Shown one piece after another: positions 1-12,575 of a DNA stretch of 64,000 bases. Made by a program: the position numbers and the translations under genes. Origin of the DNA: the human T2T-CHM13v2.0 reference genome, Homo sapiens; NCBI RefSeq assembly GCF_009914755.1, contig NC_060945.1, one strand, 5' to 3'. The notes below the pieces were generated by a model. That model made no database searches and was not told the origin of the DNA. It saw only the letters and a list, made by a program, of their open reading frames with translations. Every line of letters starts with the position of its first letter. Within the stretch, counting starts at the first letter, position 1.

Positions 1-763
1 AACTCTGATCCCTTAACTTCTTGCCCAGTGCTCTTTTCACGACAAGAAATTACAGTTTCTTTAAGGTTACCTTGGACAAACTCTTTGGTGACATTGTAAC
101 AACATGAAGAAGAGACACAGGAGAGCATGGAACCCCGCAGAAGACCCATGAACCAGGGCCGCTTGGGGCTGTGGGCACTGGCTCCTCTGCTGTAACTGAG
201 TCCTTGCCAAGAACCCACTTCTGTGATCTGGCAAGGGGCGGGAGACCTCAGCAGAAGATTTAAAACCAGATGAATCATATCACTGGTAGTCACACAGTGG
301 GCAGTTGTCACTGGTGAAATGACTCCGTAGGTGGCCGCAGCCCAATTATCTGCTAGGTATGGAGGTTGCATCCCAAATCCTGTATGGAGCGGCAGTCCTA
401 AAATGAGTGGCTGGTCCTTTGCCATTTTCCCGTCGCTTGAAGCTGATTGAGGCATCAGTGAACGAGGAGGAGGGTGGGAAAGCAGAGCCTTCCAGGGTCC
501 AAGTCTGAGCATTGATGGGGGAGGCTGGGCTGGGTGACAGAATCTTGATGGCAGACCTCAGTATCACAAAGGGTAAGGTGCTTGGAGGTGAAATGGCCTG
601 AAGTGGGAAAAGAGGCAGATGCTGAGAGGAGGAGAGTCCATGCAAAACTGACAGGGGCTCTTCTGATGGGTCTCACTGCTCCAGGAATCCTGGTCTTCAT
701 GCTTTCTAGGCATCCTGTTGAGTCCTGAAAGAGGAGCCCAGACCAACCAGGAGCTCATTCACC

Positions 764-915
764 CTGGTTTGAGTCTGGGTACCTCTATCTCTTAACCAGC
801 TGGGCACTCTTGGCTTAGCTACTTAACATCTAGTGCCTTGTTTTCCTCATCAGTTGAATGCTGGAAGTTGAGCTCTCTGATTTATGGAGCCCCTTCTGGC
901 TATACATTCTTATCT
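764..915 (+). mobile_element. MIR-family SINE fragment (MIR3/MIRc-like)
   Basis: Degenerate MIR core 'ctacttaacatc...ttttcctcatc' followed by a MIR3-type end 'cccttctggctatacattct'. Confidence 0.65.
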
Positions 916-1574
916 CATGAGGACATTTTGTGATCTGGACTATATTAAAGAGCCACTCTCTAGGATTAATAACAGTACACAGCAGCCTTTTCATATTCTT
1001 TTCTTTTTCTATAGTTACTGCCCAATCAGCACTATAAAATATTCAAATCTTAAAAAATAATTCATTGAATATGTCTTCTTTTAGCACCAGCTGTAACAAA
1101 ACTACATACATCAGTAGTTAGCTGCTTGCATGTGAAGCAACAGCTACATGCACATGGGAATAAGCTACAAAATGTTATTTTAATAAGATGCTGTCCACCC
1201 AAACAAACTGAATTTGAAATGTGGCACCAAACTTGCTATCTGGCTCATTCAAAAATATTTCATGGTCAACCATGTAAATGATAACCTTCAAAAAACATTT
1301 ATGAAGTAATCAACATGGGAAGACAGAAAGTCAGGCTAGAACTTTATTACCTGTGTTTTGTTGGAGGTATCTAACTGTTCATAGTTCACTGTGAATTCTT
1401 TGGATTAGATAGTTCTTTGGAAGAGGAAGATAGTCCTCTCCCAAACAGATAGTCCTTTGGAAGAGGAATCTTTGGAAGGTGATTTGTCACATTATTTGAA
1501 AAGAGCATTGTGGCTGATTCAGAGCCGCCACTTCCTTAGGTGTCAGCTGAATGAATGACATTTTTCAGCTTAAT

Positions 1575-2525
1575 CAGGCTAAAACTCTTGGAGTCATCTT
1601 TGACTCTTTTCTTCAACTTCCTGCATTCTTCTTGGCGCTGTCTTCAAAAGATAACCACAATCCAACCACCTCTCACCACCTCCTGCTCCAGCCATGGTCT
1701 GAGCCAACAAGGTCTCTCCCTGATGAGCATGAGCCCCCAAAAAGTTCTCCCTGCCTCTAATTTGGCTCCTCACGGTCTATTCCCAACACATCAGCTACAG
1801 TGTTGATCACTTATGTCGGTTCATGTCACTCTTCTGCCCAGATCCTTTGGTGGTTCTTTTTACACAGAATAGCAGTCAAAGTTTATAGAGAGTCCCTCAT
1901 TTCCTCTACAACCTTCTCTGTCCTCTCTCCCACTGGACACCAGTTGAGCCTGTGCAGTCCAGCCAAGCTCCTGGGTGCTGGGGTGTCCCCTCATCTTGGA
2001 ATGCTCTTCTCTGATGCTCTCTTGGCCAACTACTTCACCCCTTCAAGTGTTTGCTCCAATTTCATCTTTATTAAATTTGCATAGATTTAGGGGGTACAGT
2101 GAAGGTTAGTTCATGGATATATTGCTTAGTGGAGAAGTCTGGGCTTTCTGTGTAGCCATCCCCTAAAGAGTGTACAATAAATGTCCATTGTACCCATTGA
2201 GTAACTTATCATCCCTCACCCCCCTCTCAGCCCCTCACCTTTCTGAGTCCCCAATGTCTATTATTCCACTCTCTTTGTCATCTCTGTAAGGCTTCACCTG
2301 ATCTTTCTGTGTAATACTGCAACTTGTCCCTCACCCCCCAGAAACCCAAACCCTCCTTATCCTGATCTTCTCTTGTTCATAGCATTTAGCAACTTCAGTA
2401 TGATGCATTCAGTGATAATGAATGTTTAATTTCTATCTCCTGCTAGAATGCAAGCTCTATGAGGGAAGGGATCTATGTTTTGTTTTCTGATGCATCCTAA
2501 ACACCTAGAAGAATGCCAGATAAAT
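1575..2525 (+). mobile_element. L2 LINE 3' region, interrupted by an L1 insertion
   Basis: L2 motifs 'cttggagtcatctttgactc', 'tgtcactcttctgc' and 3' end 'ctagaatgcaagctctatgagggaagggatc...cacctagaagaatgcc'. Confidence 0.8.
2068..2275 (-). mobile_element. L1PB-like 3' end nested in L2
   Basis: 'gatttagggggtaca...gaagtctgggcttt...tgtacccatt...ccaatgtctattattccactctct' matches the antisense L1PB 3' UTR; 'tcatct' flanks both sides. Confidence 0.8.
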
Positions 2526-2904
2526 GAAAGCATCCAAATGAAATTTCATCTCACACTCATGTCGGTTGAAAAAGTCAAATTGAACAATAAATCTTGATTG
2601 ACTACGATAAACTAAAATGTGTTCATTTAGGCTTTTTTCTATGATTCATCTTCTAAATTGCCTGGCAATGATCGAGGAATGCCCTCAGTCAAGAAAATGG
2701 GATTTTAGCTAATCTCTGAAATACATTTGTACCGATTGCATCAAAAATGCACATATGCTACCTCTCACATTTTAAAAATATAGTAGCCTCCCGATCACCA
2801 GATAAGCACTTTATAGACCACAATGATCCCTTACCTCTTCCCTAAAATTTAGATGTAAAAATATTTTGGATACAACCCATATACTACTACAATTTAAGGC
2901 TACC

Positions 2905-3222
2905 TCACTGATTCGTCCCAATTCTAGAAGAAACAGACGACCCATTCAAACTAAGATGATCTAAGGATGAAATGGGATGGGCCAAGTATATTTCTCAAAG
3001 GAGAAACACAGCTTGCTTCGAGTGACTCCACAGAATGGGAGCTGAAGAAATGAAGCCTGACTTCACTTTCCACCCCCTCTCCATTTCCTGCTGGGCCCAA
3101 CTGAGGACTAGATAACAGGAAGGCCCTTTGAGGCAGTCCTCAGAGATTATCCCCCTAGGGCAGAGAGCAGCATGGAGAAGGATGGAGAAGCAGGCTGCAG
3201 GGGCAAGGGAAGATAAGCACCC
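2905..3222 (-). mobile_element. Old ERVL LTR (LTR33-like)
   Basis: 'agagcagcatggagaaggatggagaagcaggctgcaggggcaagggaagataagcaccca' resembles the reverse complement of the LTR33 5' end. Confidence 0.5.
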
Positions 3223-3398
3223 AAAAAAAGCTCTGATCTATAGTAAGGGACTATGTGTATCAACCCTACAGGTGGATTTCAGAATTTTAAATACATTTTC
3301 CATTGCAACACAGTGGACATATACTTAAGTGTTTTTAATAATCCACTTCTAAAAACCGCCACTTGCCACTTGCAAAAAGCAAACGAATAAAAATTCCC

Positions 3399-3453
3399 AT
3401 TCTATTCTATTCTATTCTATTCTATTCTATTCTATTCTATTCTATTCTATTCT
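3399..3453. repeat. (ATTCT)11 pentanucleotide microsatellite
   Basis: Eleven perfect ATTCT units read directly. Confidence 0.97.
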
Positions 3454-3518
3454 TTATCTTTCTATGCTGGTTGCAACCCATTAAACTGATTTCACAACCC
3501 ACAGTTTAAACATCTCTG
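3454..3518 (-). mobile_element. hAT-Charlie MITE terminus (MER112/MER119-like)
   Basis: 'atgctggttgcaacccattaaactgatttcacaacccacagtttaaacatctctg' resembles the Charlie-type end 'ggtcgcgacccactaaattgatttcacgaccc...cagtttgaaaaacactg'. Confidence 0.6.
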
Positions 3519-5294
3519 GCTAAGGCCAATCCCTCCATTTAAAAGATAAGATCACTTAGATCTTACAGGGTTAACTGGCTTGTCCAAATTTAAAGTATAT
3601 GTAATCATTGGAATGACGTGGGTGTGTACACTCATTGTAAAGAAAAAACTTATTTCATCTATCCAAATGTTCTCTTCCAAACCACATGCATATCAGCATG
3701 TTTTGAAAGGATTTTAGTATTGTAGGTGTCAAGAAAGCCTCTATTTAACCATCAGTAAAATAAATAGTCCTCACCATACTGTGAAAGGGGGACAACTTCA
3801 GTACAGTGGAGAGCTGAGGTCATGCCCTCCCATACAGGAAGAGCTCTTTGGAATCGAGGGCTCACTTATTCAGGAAGGATGACCTCCTGTGTGTATGTCT
3901 TTCACCCCCAGGTAACACAGGTATTTATGATGCCTCATGAAGCATACTTGCTGGACACTAGGATGGTGGCTAATGACAGTTTCTCTGTGCAACAAGGTAG
4001 AGAACTATGAGACAGCCAAGGTCCCAGCCTGGCATATACATTGCACAGTCGCACAGGAAGGCACTCTGCTCTGAAATATTTCATCCTGGAGAAGTTGGCT
4101 TTGATGACTTTCAAAAGTAGCAGAACTCACTGGTTCTCTCTTTGGCAGGAGTTTGTGCATTTCACTCATTTCAAGTCAGGACTAATAGTTCTAATGATTT
4201 TGAAGGGAACCTAAATGATTCCTTTATGCCTGGCTGGGATTGGCCAGGGTTCCACTTACAACCCACAACATGCTCACACATTCCATAGAAAAATAAATAC
4301 TGCTGTAACCACGTTGGTGCCACGCCAGTGCAAATGGCCATTTTCTTAAGTACTCATTTTAAAAGCAACTTTGTTATTTCAGCATGTGCTTTGAAAGCTG
4401 GCTTTTCTATCTCTGGTGTGATGTTTTCATTGTAGGGACAAAAGTAAAACATTAACTCTTTCAACAGTTTGAGGGAGGGTGGATATTTAATACAAAAACC
4501 AAAAAAAAAAAAAACGTAATGGGGGAAAATGCATCACTCCTGCTTTCTTGGATCTCTGCTGGAGTTTCCACTTGTGTGTGACTCCTTCACCTTCCACCAA
4601 CCACCCCTTTGGTTAGACTGGGTTGTGGTTCCTTCAAACGTCTTGCCGAAACTTCTGGACAGCTATCAACTGAAGAACTCTGTCCTGGTCAGAAGCTTCA
4701 ACATCCTCCGCCCGTGATGCTTTTCTGGGTCCAACGACCCTGCAATAATTTTCTTCCTGTGTACCAGAGTTTACGAAGTCCTCCTGCATGTGAGGCCCTG
4801 GGCGCAGGTGTGGGCATGTGCAGGTGTGTTCATGTCAACTGCAGAGATCCTGAGGGCAAGACGAAGAAAACACAGCCAGTCCTTTCAGGAATTTATAATT
4901 CAGATGCTGAGGTGGAACAGAACAGATGAAAAGCAAAAGCACAATGGAGGGCAGTTATGATTAAATGGATTTCAGAGGGTCATGATGGTGCCAGGCTATC
5001 TTGGGTCTCCTCACACTCAACATCAGGCCCCTCCACCTCCTGCTGACTTTCATGCATCAATGTTAGGCTAACATGAGAGATGCTTACAAATTTGCTTCAT
5101 GATCACTGTAGAAATGAGCATGGTTGTTAGCAACAGCTGCTGTGGGTGTGCAGGTCATGGCGTCTCTCAGAGCTGGGAATGCCCAATGAATGCACTCCCC
5201 TCTTTCACCTGACCACGGATGGTCACCTGATGGTATTTGGAAAGTAATGAGAGATCTTTCCACCACGACGTTTTGTGAGAAATGGTGTATTTAC

Positions 5295-5720
5295 TTTTTC
5301 AAATGTTATTGTTTAATCTTCGAACAGCTTTAGATTTACAGGGAAGTTGAAAAGACGGTATAAAGAGTTCCTATAGGTTCCATATTCAGTTTCCCTAGTG
5401 TTAACATCTTACATTGCTATGTACATGTGTTACAGCTAATGAACCAATATTAATACACTATCGTAAGTGGAAGTCCATACTTCACATTTCCCTGGAGTTA
5501 CCTCTTGTCCTTTTTCTGGCATCCCCTCAGGACACCACTTCACATTCAGTCATCACATCTCCTTAAGCTCCTCTTGGCCGTGATGCCATGACAGTTTCCT
5601 AGACCCTGTACTAAGTTTCCTAGACTGAGTACTGGTCAGATATTTTGTAAAATGCCTGTCAATTTAGATTTGTCCAATCTTTATTCTTGTAGCTAGACTA
5701 GATGATGTATTCACATTTGG
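5295..5720 (-). mobile_element. L1MC/L1MD-like 3' end
   Basis: 'tttagatttacagggaagttg...gttaacatcttacatt...aatgaaccaatatt...gagtactggtcagatattttgtaaaatg'. Confidence 0.8.
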
Positions 5721-5992
5721 GAATGTAAGCATAAATGTTTCCTACATAGGCCAAACATGTTGTTTTGAAAGCTATGTATGCTCTATGAAGTTTGGGCACT
5801 GAAAACCAATAGATGCTCCACAGGGAACACGTTGATTACATGGGACATGTTCATGCAAAGAGTGACTCACAGTAAATTACACTGCATGTGGTTTCTCAGA
5901 CTCAGATGGAAAGCAGACTTCAGTTACCCTAGGTACATCTCAAAGTTTCCCTGTTTCAGTACACCAAATAAATAAGCATAGTGTTAGCTGTA

Positions 5993-6416
5993 TATATTGT
6001 TCAGTTATAGGTTAGTTATCTGCTGTAATTAACAACCTAAAACATTCAGTGACTTAATAAAATGAAAATGTATTTCTCTCTCATACCATAAACACAGGAT
6101 TTCTAGGTGGGGGTATTCTCTTTACAGTGGTGTCATGGCATTCCAGCTTTTTCTAAACCTATTATCTCCCAAAGCTTTCTGGTGCTCATTTGTATTAGTT
6201 AGGGGACAAGAGAATAAAGCAGGCATGAAGAGCTCAGTTGGAGATTTTTCAGGTCAGATCTAGAAGTGGCATGAATTACTTCTGCCCATGTTTCATTGGC
6301 CAGTACTCAGTCACCTGACCCACCCTGTTGCAAGAGAGACTGGGAAATGTGGTCTAGCTATTGTAGGAGAAGGAGAAAGAAAGAGACTTTGTGAACACAT
6401 AGCAGCCTCTGCCACT
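5993..6416 (-). mobile_element. Old MaLR LTR (MLT1K/L-like)
   Basis: 'cttctgcccatgtttcattggccagtactcagtcacctgacc...actgggaaatgtggtctagct...gcagcctctgccac'. Confidence 0.75.
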
Positions 6417-8155
6417 CTATGAATTTATGTCATACCAAGTTTCCAGAAGATTAAAAACATGATAAAATGACTTGGAAGATGCATGCTATTCTTTTCGCAC
6501 ACATACCCCCTGTTTAGATTTGGTAGTCTTCTCTAAGGATGCTGCAGAGGGTAGCCTCTACATAGGCACTTCCACAACACTGGTATTTCTTTAAAAGCAA
6601 AAGTCTGTCCTTTAAAGCAATGTAGAGGGAGAAGGATAAAGAGGTAGAAACTGGGGAGAATTATCCCAGCAAACAAAATATGCCTTGCACCAAATATATT
6701 TACAATTATTAAACCAGATGATTAGAAGTAATAGCTTATCACCTCCACCAATGGGAACATGGACCAACCAACCGGAGACTCATAAAAGGAAGGGGAACAT
6801 GAAAGCATAATCTCAATCCAGAGTCAAATTCCAATATATACCTTTCTAGAGAAAAATGAACAGTCTTTCTTTCTCAAATAAGACTACTCTTTCATTTTCT
6901 AAATAACCTTCCTCAATCTGAGCTATAGTATGTCTGGATGCTAATTGTCTAGTAGTCTAGACAGTGATGATATTATGACCAAGTTATGCACAGATAATCA
7001 CTGTGTCACTGTTTCCAAAGCTGCCTACACGTATTGCTTCACTGGACACACTTGGCATGTGTGATTATTCTCCTGATATTTATTTTCACCATGTAAGTAG
7101 AGAATGCTTACTTAATCAAACCATCCAGTGAACTGAGCAGTTTTTTTATAATTCAAATGCAATATGAGAGTCTTGAAGCTAAGAAAAAAATTATGTTAAT
7201 GTAGCCCATACTTTTCTGTATTCTGGGGCAAGGAACCCTGTGGCATTTTGCTCGCTTCATTCGCTAGGGATGCATCTTGCCCAGGTCCCTCCAGTATTAC
7301 CTCTGCAAATCATTCCTACCCAGATGGGTTGGCTTAACCAAAACCATTCTGATCAAGGAGTTCCAGGAATCTCTCCGGAGAGGTCTTTTCTGCAGCCTGG
7401 TCCAATGCACAGGTTACAATAAAGTGGATGACTATATGGTTCTCTGGCTTTTTCAAAATGACACATTTGTTTTTAAAAACCACCATCTTAACGAAGCATA
7501 TGGGCAACGATGTCATGACACCCTTAACCCCACCCGAAGGAGGGAGACTGAAATCAATGCAGAAATGAAAAACAGTATGGTTTGGAAAGTAGGAGGATGT
7601 TCCAGACGCAGTGGATAACAAAGTTTATTTCTGGCAAGGAAAGAGAAAATGATCAAAGGGATCTGGAAGAAGTTTGTTTGGCCAAGGAAAAGGCATAGAC
7701 GGGAGTAACAGGCAGACAATCGAGCTTGGCAAGAGGGTGGGTGTTGATACAGCATGCCTTTAAGGACAGCTCCAAGGCTCTAGTGTGCGTTTTATATACT
7801 ATTTCCACTATTATAATGACCCCTGGAGTCACTGTATTGCCTAAGGAGACTCGTTAAATCGCAGTCTGTGGCTGGAGGGGTAACAAATGGAATCTTCCCT
7901 CACTCCTGTGATACCAGTCTCCTTGGTCTCTCACCAGACACGGAAATGACACACAACACATGAATTTAAAATTCACCTGTGCAGCTTCTAAGCTCAGGCG
8001 TCTTCCAGAACTGGTGAAGCAGGCCCAAAGGGGAAGGCGGTCAGGTAGGGAGACTGGAAGAGGATTTTATGAACCTACTGGAAGGTGTGGGTGCAGTTCA
8101 CCAGTAAGAAGTTTGCTTTGCTTTATAATTCCGAGTAAAGCCAGTTCTTCCCAAA

Positions 8156-8609
8156 GGTGGTGGGTTGAATTGTGGCCACCTCTAGAAGATATGTGGCCTC
8201 AGAGCCTGTGAATGTGACCTTATTTGGAAGAAGAAACTGTGCACATGTAATTAAGTTAACGATATCAAGATAACGTCATCCTGGATTTAGGGTGGGCCCT
8301 AAATCCAATGCTAGGTGTCCTTATAAGAAGATGACAGAGAGAGATTTGACATGCAGAGATTCAGGGATATGTGACATGGGAGGCAGAGAACGGGGTGATG
8401 CAGCTTCAAGCCAAAGTATGGCAATGATTGCCAACAGCCACCCAAAGCCAGGATGAGGCAAGGAATAGATTCTTCAGCACCTCCAGAAGGAAACAACTGG
8501 CACCTGGATTTTGGTGATCTCCAGAACTGTAAGAAAACTAACTTCTGTTGTTAGAAGCCACCAAATGCATAGTAATTTATTACAGAACCAGAGCTAGAAA
8601 ACTAACACA
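8156..8609 (+). mobile_element. MLT1C-like solo LTR
   Basis: 'gaatgtgaccttatttggaa', 'gggtgggccctaaatccaat', end 'aaactaacaca'; 5-bp TSD CCAAA at 8151-8155 and 8610-8614. Confidence 0.9.
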
Positions 8610-8670
8610 CCAAACAAGAAACACTGAATCATGATCCTATCCCTGTGCTCATCCCGGCCTTTACTCAGAG

Positions 8671-9176
8671 TATTTTAATTGTAGTAAAATATATATAACA
8701 TAAAACTCACCATCTTGGCTATTTTAAAGCCTACAGTTCAGTGGCATTAAGTCTACTAACTGCTGTACAACCATCACTACCATCCATCTCCAGAACTTTA
8801 TCATCTTCCCAAACAGAAACTTTGTCCCCATGAAACACTAACTCCCCACTTTCCTTCCCCTCAGCCCCTGGGCATCCACGGTTCTATTTTCTGTCTTATA
8901 AATCTGACTAATCTAGGTGCCTCATAAAAGTGGTGCATTCAGTATTTGTCCTTGTGCATCTGGCTTCTTCTTTCCACTTGGGCAACGTGTCCTCAAGGCT
9001 CAGCCATGTGGTAACATGTGCCAGCACTTCATTCCTTTCTATGGCTGAATAATACTCCATTGTATGGATAGACCACATTTTACTTATCCATTCCTCTGTC
9101 AGCCAATGCTAGGGTTCCTGCCATCTTTTGGCTCTTATGGATAATGCTGCTGTAACACAGGTATACAGATATCTCC
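8671..9176 (-). mobile_element. L1MB-like 3' end
   Basis: 'tacagttcagtggcattaagt...ccatccatctccagaac...ggctgaataatactccattgtatggatagaccacatttt'. Confidence 0.9.
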
Positions 9177-9567
9177 TCATTCTCAAAATATTTATTGTTG
9201 ACATCTCTTGAACTGCTTCATCTCTTCCTTCCCTCTAGCTGGAATGATCCCTGGTCCAGGTTCCCTCTTATCTTCCTAAAACCTCCACCCTTTCACCGAT
9301 TTTTATACTTTCCACCCTCAGCAATGCCCTTTTCAGGATAGCTCTTGGCAGTGAGGACTGCAGAGTGTCGGTGTCAATATTTAAGTGGGATTTGGGGACA
9401 GAAGCCAATGGCTGGTGGAGGCAGGCAGTGAGCAGGGGCTAGGGGATTTTGTTGATGATGAATTTACACAGCAAACACAATGTTTCTGCTAATAAATGAA
9501 ATTACAGATCAATAAAAATAGCTAAGTCTTTTAAAGGGGGCTAGTCCTCACATTTTATATAAGACCC

Positions 9568-9921
9568 TGCCATGGTTTGGCTGCGTCCCCACCCAAATCT
9601 CATCTTGAATTGTAGCTATCATGACTCCCATGTGTTGTTGGAGGGATGTGGTGGGAGATAATTGAATCATGGGGTGGTTTCCCCCATACTATTCTCATGG
9701 TAGTGAGTAAGTCTCACGAGATCTGATGTTTTTGTATAAGGGGTCTCCCCTTTTGCTTGGCTCTCATTTTCTCTCCTGTCACCCTGTGAAGAGATGCCTT
9801 CCGCCATGATTGTGAGACCTCCCCAGCCATATGGAACTATGAGTCCATTAAATTTCTTGTTCTTTATAATTACCCAGTCTTGGGTATGTCTTTATTAGCA
9901 GTGTGAAAACAGACTAAAACA
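9568..9921 (+). mobile_element. THE1 (B/C-like) solo LTR
   Basis: 'tggtttggctgcgtccccacccaaatctcatcttgaattgtagct...gtctcacgagatctgatg...cagactaaaaca'; perfect TSD GACCC at 9563-9567 and 9922-9926. Confidence 0.95.
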
Positions 9922-11669
9922 GACCCAGAAAGCATCAACTGCCCATGTCAAAGACTATTACCACTACCTTTCCTGAAGGAGGCCTGAGTGGTCTTACAGT
10001 GTTACAAGAGGCTTAAGCTTGATGCTTCCCCTCCATCCATCATGTGTATCCCAAGTCAAAGATAACCATACAATGTATCATCCAATAGATGAGGATACTT
10101 TTCAGAGTGAGAGTGGAGAGGTGTACAGTTATCCCCAAAGACAACTAGCCCAAACTGGGGATTGTCTGGGCAAAGAGATGTGTGCTCACCTGCCAAGGCT
10201 CACTTCTACACCTCACCCCGAGACCCTTGTCCCTGCCTGAAGGACTCATGCAGCATTTAGGTTTCCTCAACCTGGGAATTCACAAATAGGATACCATATC
10301 TCCAAACATGTATTTAGTGACATAAAATCCCAAGCTATTAAGTAACATGAGATAAACATTGTGCCCAAGCTAAGGATGTATAATGTGAAATGTACTCTAA
10401 TTATGCATTCTTCCTGGCTTTTTCCTATGAAAATGACAGAAATAGCTAATGTGAGTCAACTTACCTATAAAAAATAATATTGTTCATTATATTACTTGTC
10501 AAGAATCAAAAATTGTTTTATTAGCCTATTGTATGTTCTTCTCCTTGTGGCATTTTTATTTTGGGAGAAACTAGTTTTTGCTGGCCTGAGGAACAATCTC
10601 ACACAAATAGTACGAGTATTCTCTGCTAGGAATAGCAAACACTTACCTCTGAAGGGGAAAAATTCTAGCTTCTATTTATTTATATTTGTTTTTTCCCCTC
10701 AACAATTGCTGTTCTCTATAATTTAAATGTCTGCAAAAATAGTAGTTATATAAACATTAATGCATTAAAAGCTATCATTTCAATGTAGCGTGCAAATCCT
10801 GGAAGCTGAACATTAAGGAATCATGAGATTTTCCCTCTAAGCAAGGGGAGGGACTTCGCAATCTTTTTATCCCTAAAATGTATCCTTTGAAGCTTCTCAA
10901 GTTCACATTGTTAAGCGGGCCTGAATTATCATCAGCATTGCATTTTAGTAAATGCTCATTTTCCATCTGCCTCTGATCAGATGCACCTTTCCTTACCTGT
11001 GACAGACTTGATTCTTTTATTTCTATATTTTATTTCAGTGTTAAGTATAGGATTTTTCTTTCCCTTTAAACACCAATATTTCTTTTTCTAACCATAATAT
11101 AATACATACATGTAACCCAGCAAGCCTGGATTTGAAAAAAATCACTCAATTATCTCATTGGCTTTCATAAAATCATAGCTATGTGTCCACAGTGGGGAAA
11201 AAAACCTCCCAGGAAAGCTCATTAAATTATGATAAGACTGATATAATTCCAAAGGATGTTGGCCCAACAGAAGAAAAAGACAACTGGAGATGTAGGGGTT
11301 GGGGTGGTAAGGAAATTGCAAAAGCCAACGAACAGCTAAGATTGGTACCTGTGAGCATCAGGACCCCCACCTGGAGCAGAGATCTCTCATATGTCTGCCT
11401 GAATCTAGAATTAGCAACAGCTCACAGGCTGGCCTTGCACTGAAGAATGAAATTTCAGGGATTTCCTCCCTGAAATCCTTGGACTTAGATGAAACTTCAA
11501 ATCTTTAGGATGGGGTCTTCTGAGACTTCCAAATGCTCTCATCTCCTATTCCCCAAGAGCTGCAATGCATTTAAGGAACTTTTTACCTCCTGCATAGTAA
11601 GCCCTTGAACCCATGTGACTGAACCCACGGCCCTTGTAACTATAACAATTATAGTAACCATTCATGCTA

Positions 11670-12080
11670 CCTGCATTCATTGAGCTCCTACCATGTGTAA
11701 GACACTGTGCTGGACACAATCCTTTACATGTTGAAGACATGGCAACAATAACCAGAGAACCTAAGGATAGAGGGGAGAGTGAGGCAGCATGTGGAATGAG
11801 TGGCAGGGAGGGCTAGTTTTGCTCAGAGAGGTGGAAAGAGCTTCGTAGAAAAGCTACCCTTTGAGTTGGACCTTAAAGGATGAGCAACAAAGCAGCTGGC
11901 ATAGAAGGCAAGTAGGCAAAGGAATGTGGAAGAACATGCCACCCATCCTGATGGAAAGCCTGAAGGTCTAATCCTTGAACTACTCAAAGACAAGGAAATA
12001 CTCTTTAGAGCCTGGAGCTAAGGGTGCAGTGAACAGGCAGAAACGTAACTGATCCCAGGAAAGATAGGTTGGAGTAAGCA
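11670..12080 (-). mobile_element. L2/MIR fragments
   Basis: 'cattcattgagctcctaccatgtgtaagacactgtgctgg' and 'tttgagttggaccttaaaggatgag'. Confidence 0.6.
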
Positions 12081-12199
12081 AATGGTAATTTAGATATTTT
12101 GCAAATAAATTAAATACTTTTTTAAAAAGATTCTTCCCTCTTGGAAGTATTTAGAAAGGAATGTTTAGTGGTATAAAAGAGATGGCTAATTATTCTTGT

Positions 12200-12575
12200 G
12201 AGTGTTGAGGGTGTTATGTCTCCCCAAAATTCTGATGTTGAAATCCTAACCCCCAGTGTGATGGTATTTGGAGATAGGGCCTTGGGAGATAATTTGTGTT
12301 AGATGAGATCATAAGGATGGGGCTCCCATAAAGGGATGAATGCCCTTGTAAGAAGAGACGCTGTAGGATGTGCTCTCCCTCTTTTTCTTTCTGACATGAG
12401 GACACAGCAAGAAGGTGGCTGTCTACAAGACAGGAAAAGAGCCCTCACCAGGAACTGATTCTGCCAGTGCCTTGATCTTCAACATCCCAGCCTCTGGAAC
12501 TGTGAGAAAATTTTTGTTGTTTCAGCTACCCAATATACAATATTTTGTCCATGGCAGCTCGAGCAGACTAAGACA
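12200..12575 (+). mobile_element. MLT1A-like solo LTR
   Basis: 'tgttgaaatcctaacccccagtgtgatggtatttggag...gaggacacagcaagaaggtggctgtctacaag...gactaagaca'. Confidence 0.9.

Noticed and set aside
1407-1478. Short direct repeats (agatagtyctttggaagaggaa) resembling a repeat-spacer unit
   Set aside because: Only two copies plus a fragment; ordinary slippage, and CRISPR is not applicable to primate DNA.
3399-3453. ATXN10 (SCA10) repeat locus
   Set aside because: As I recall, that repeat sits in an Alu-associated context; the flanks here are a DNA-transposon end and no ATXN10 exon is visible.
6964-7078. C/D-box snoRNA (GTGATGA ... CTGA)
   Set aside because: No terminal stem and no recognisable guide; both boxes are common by chance.
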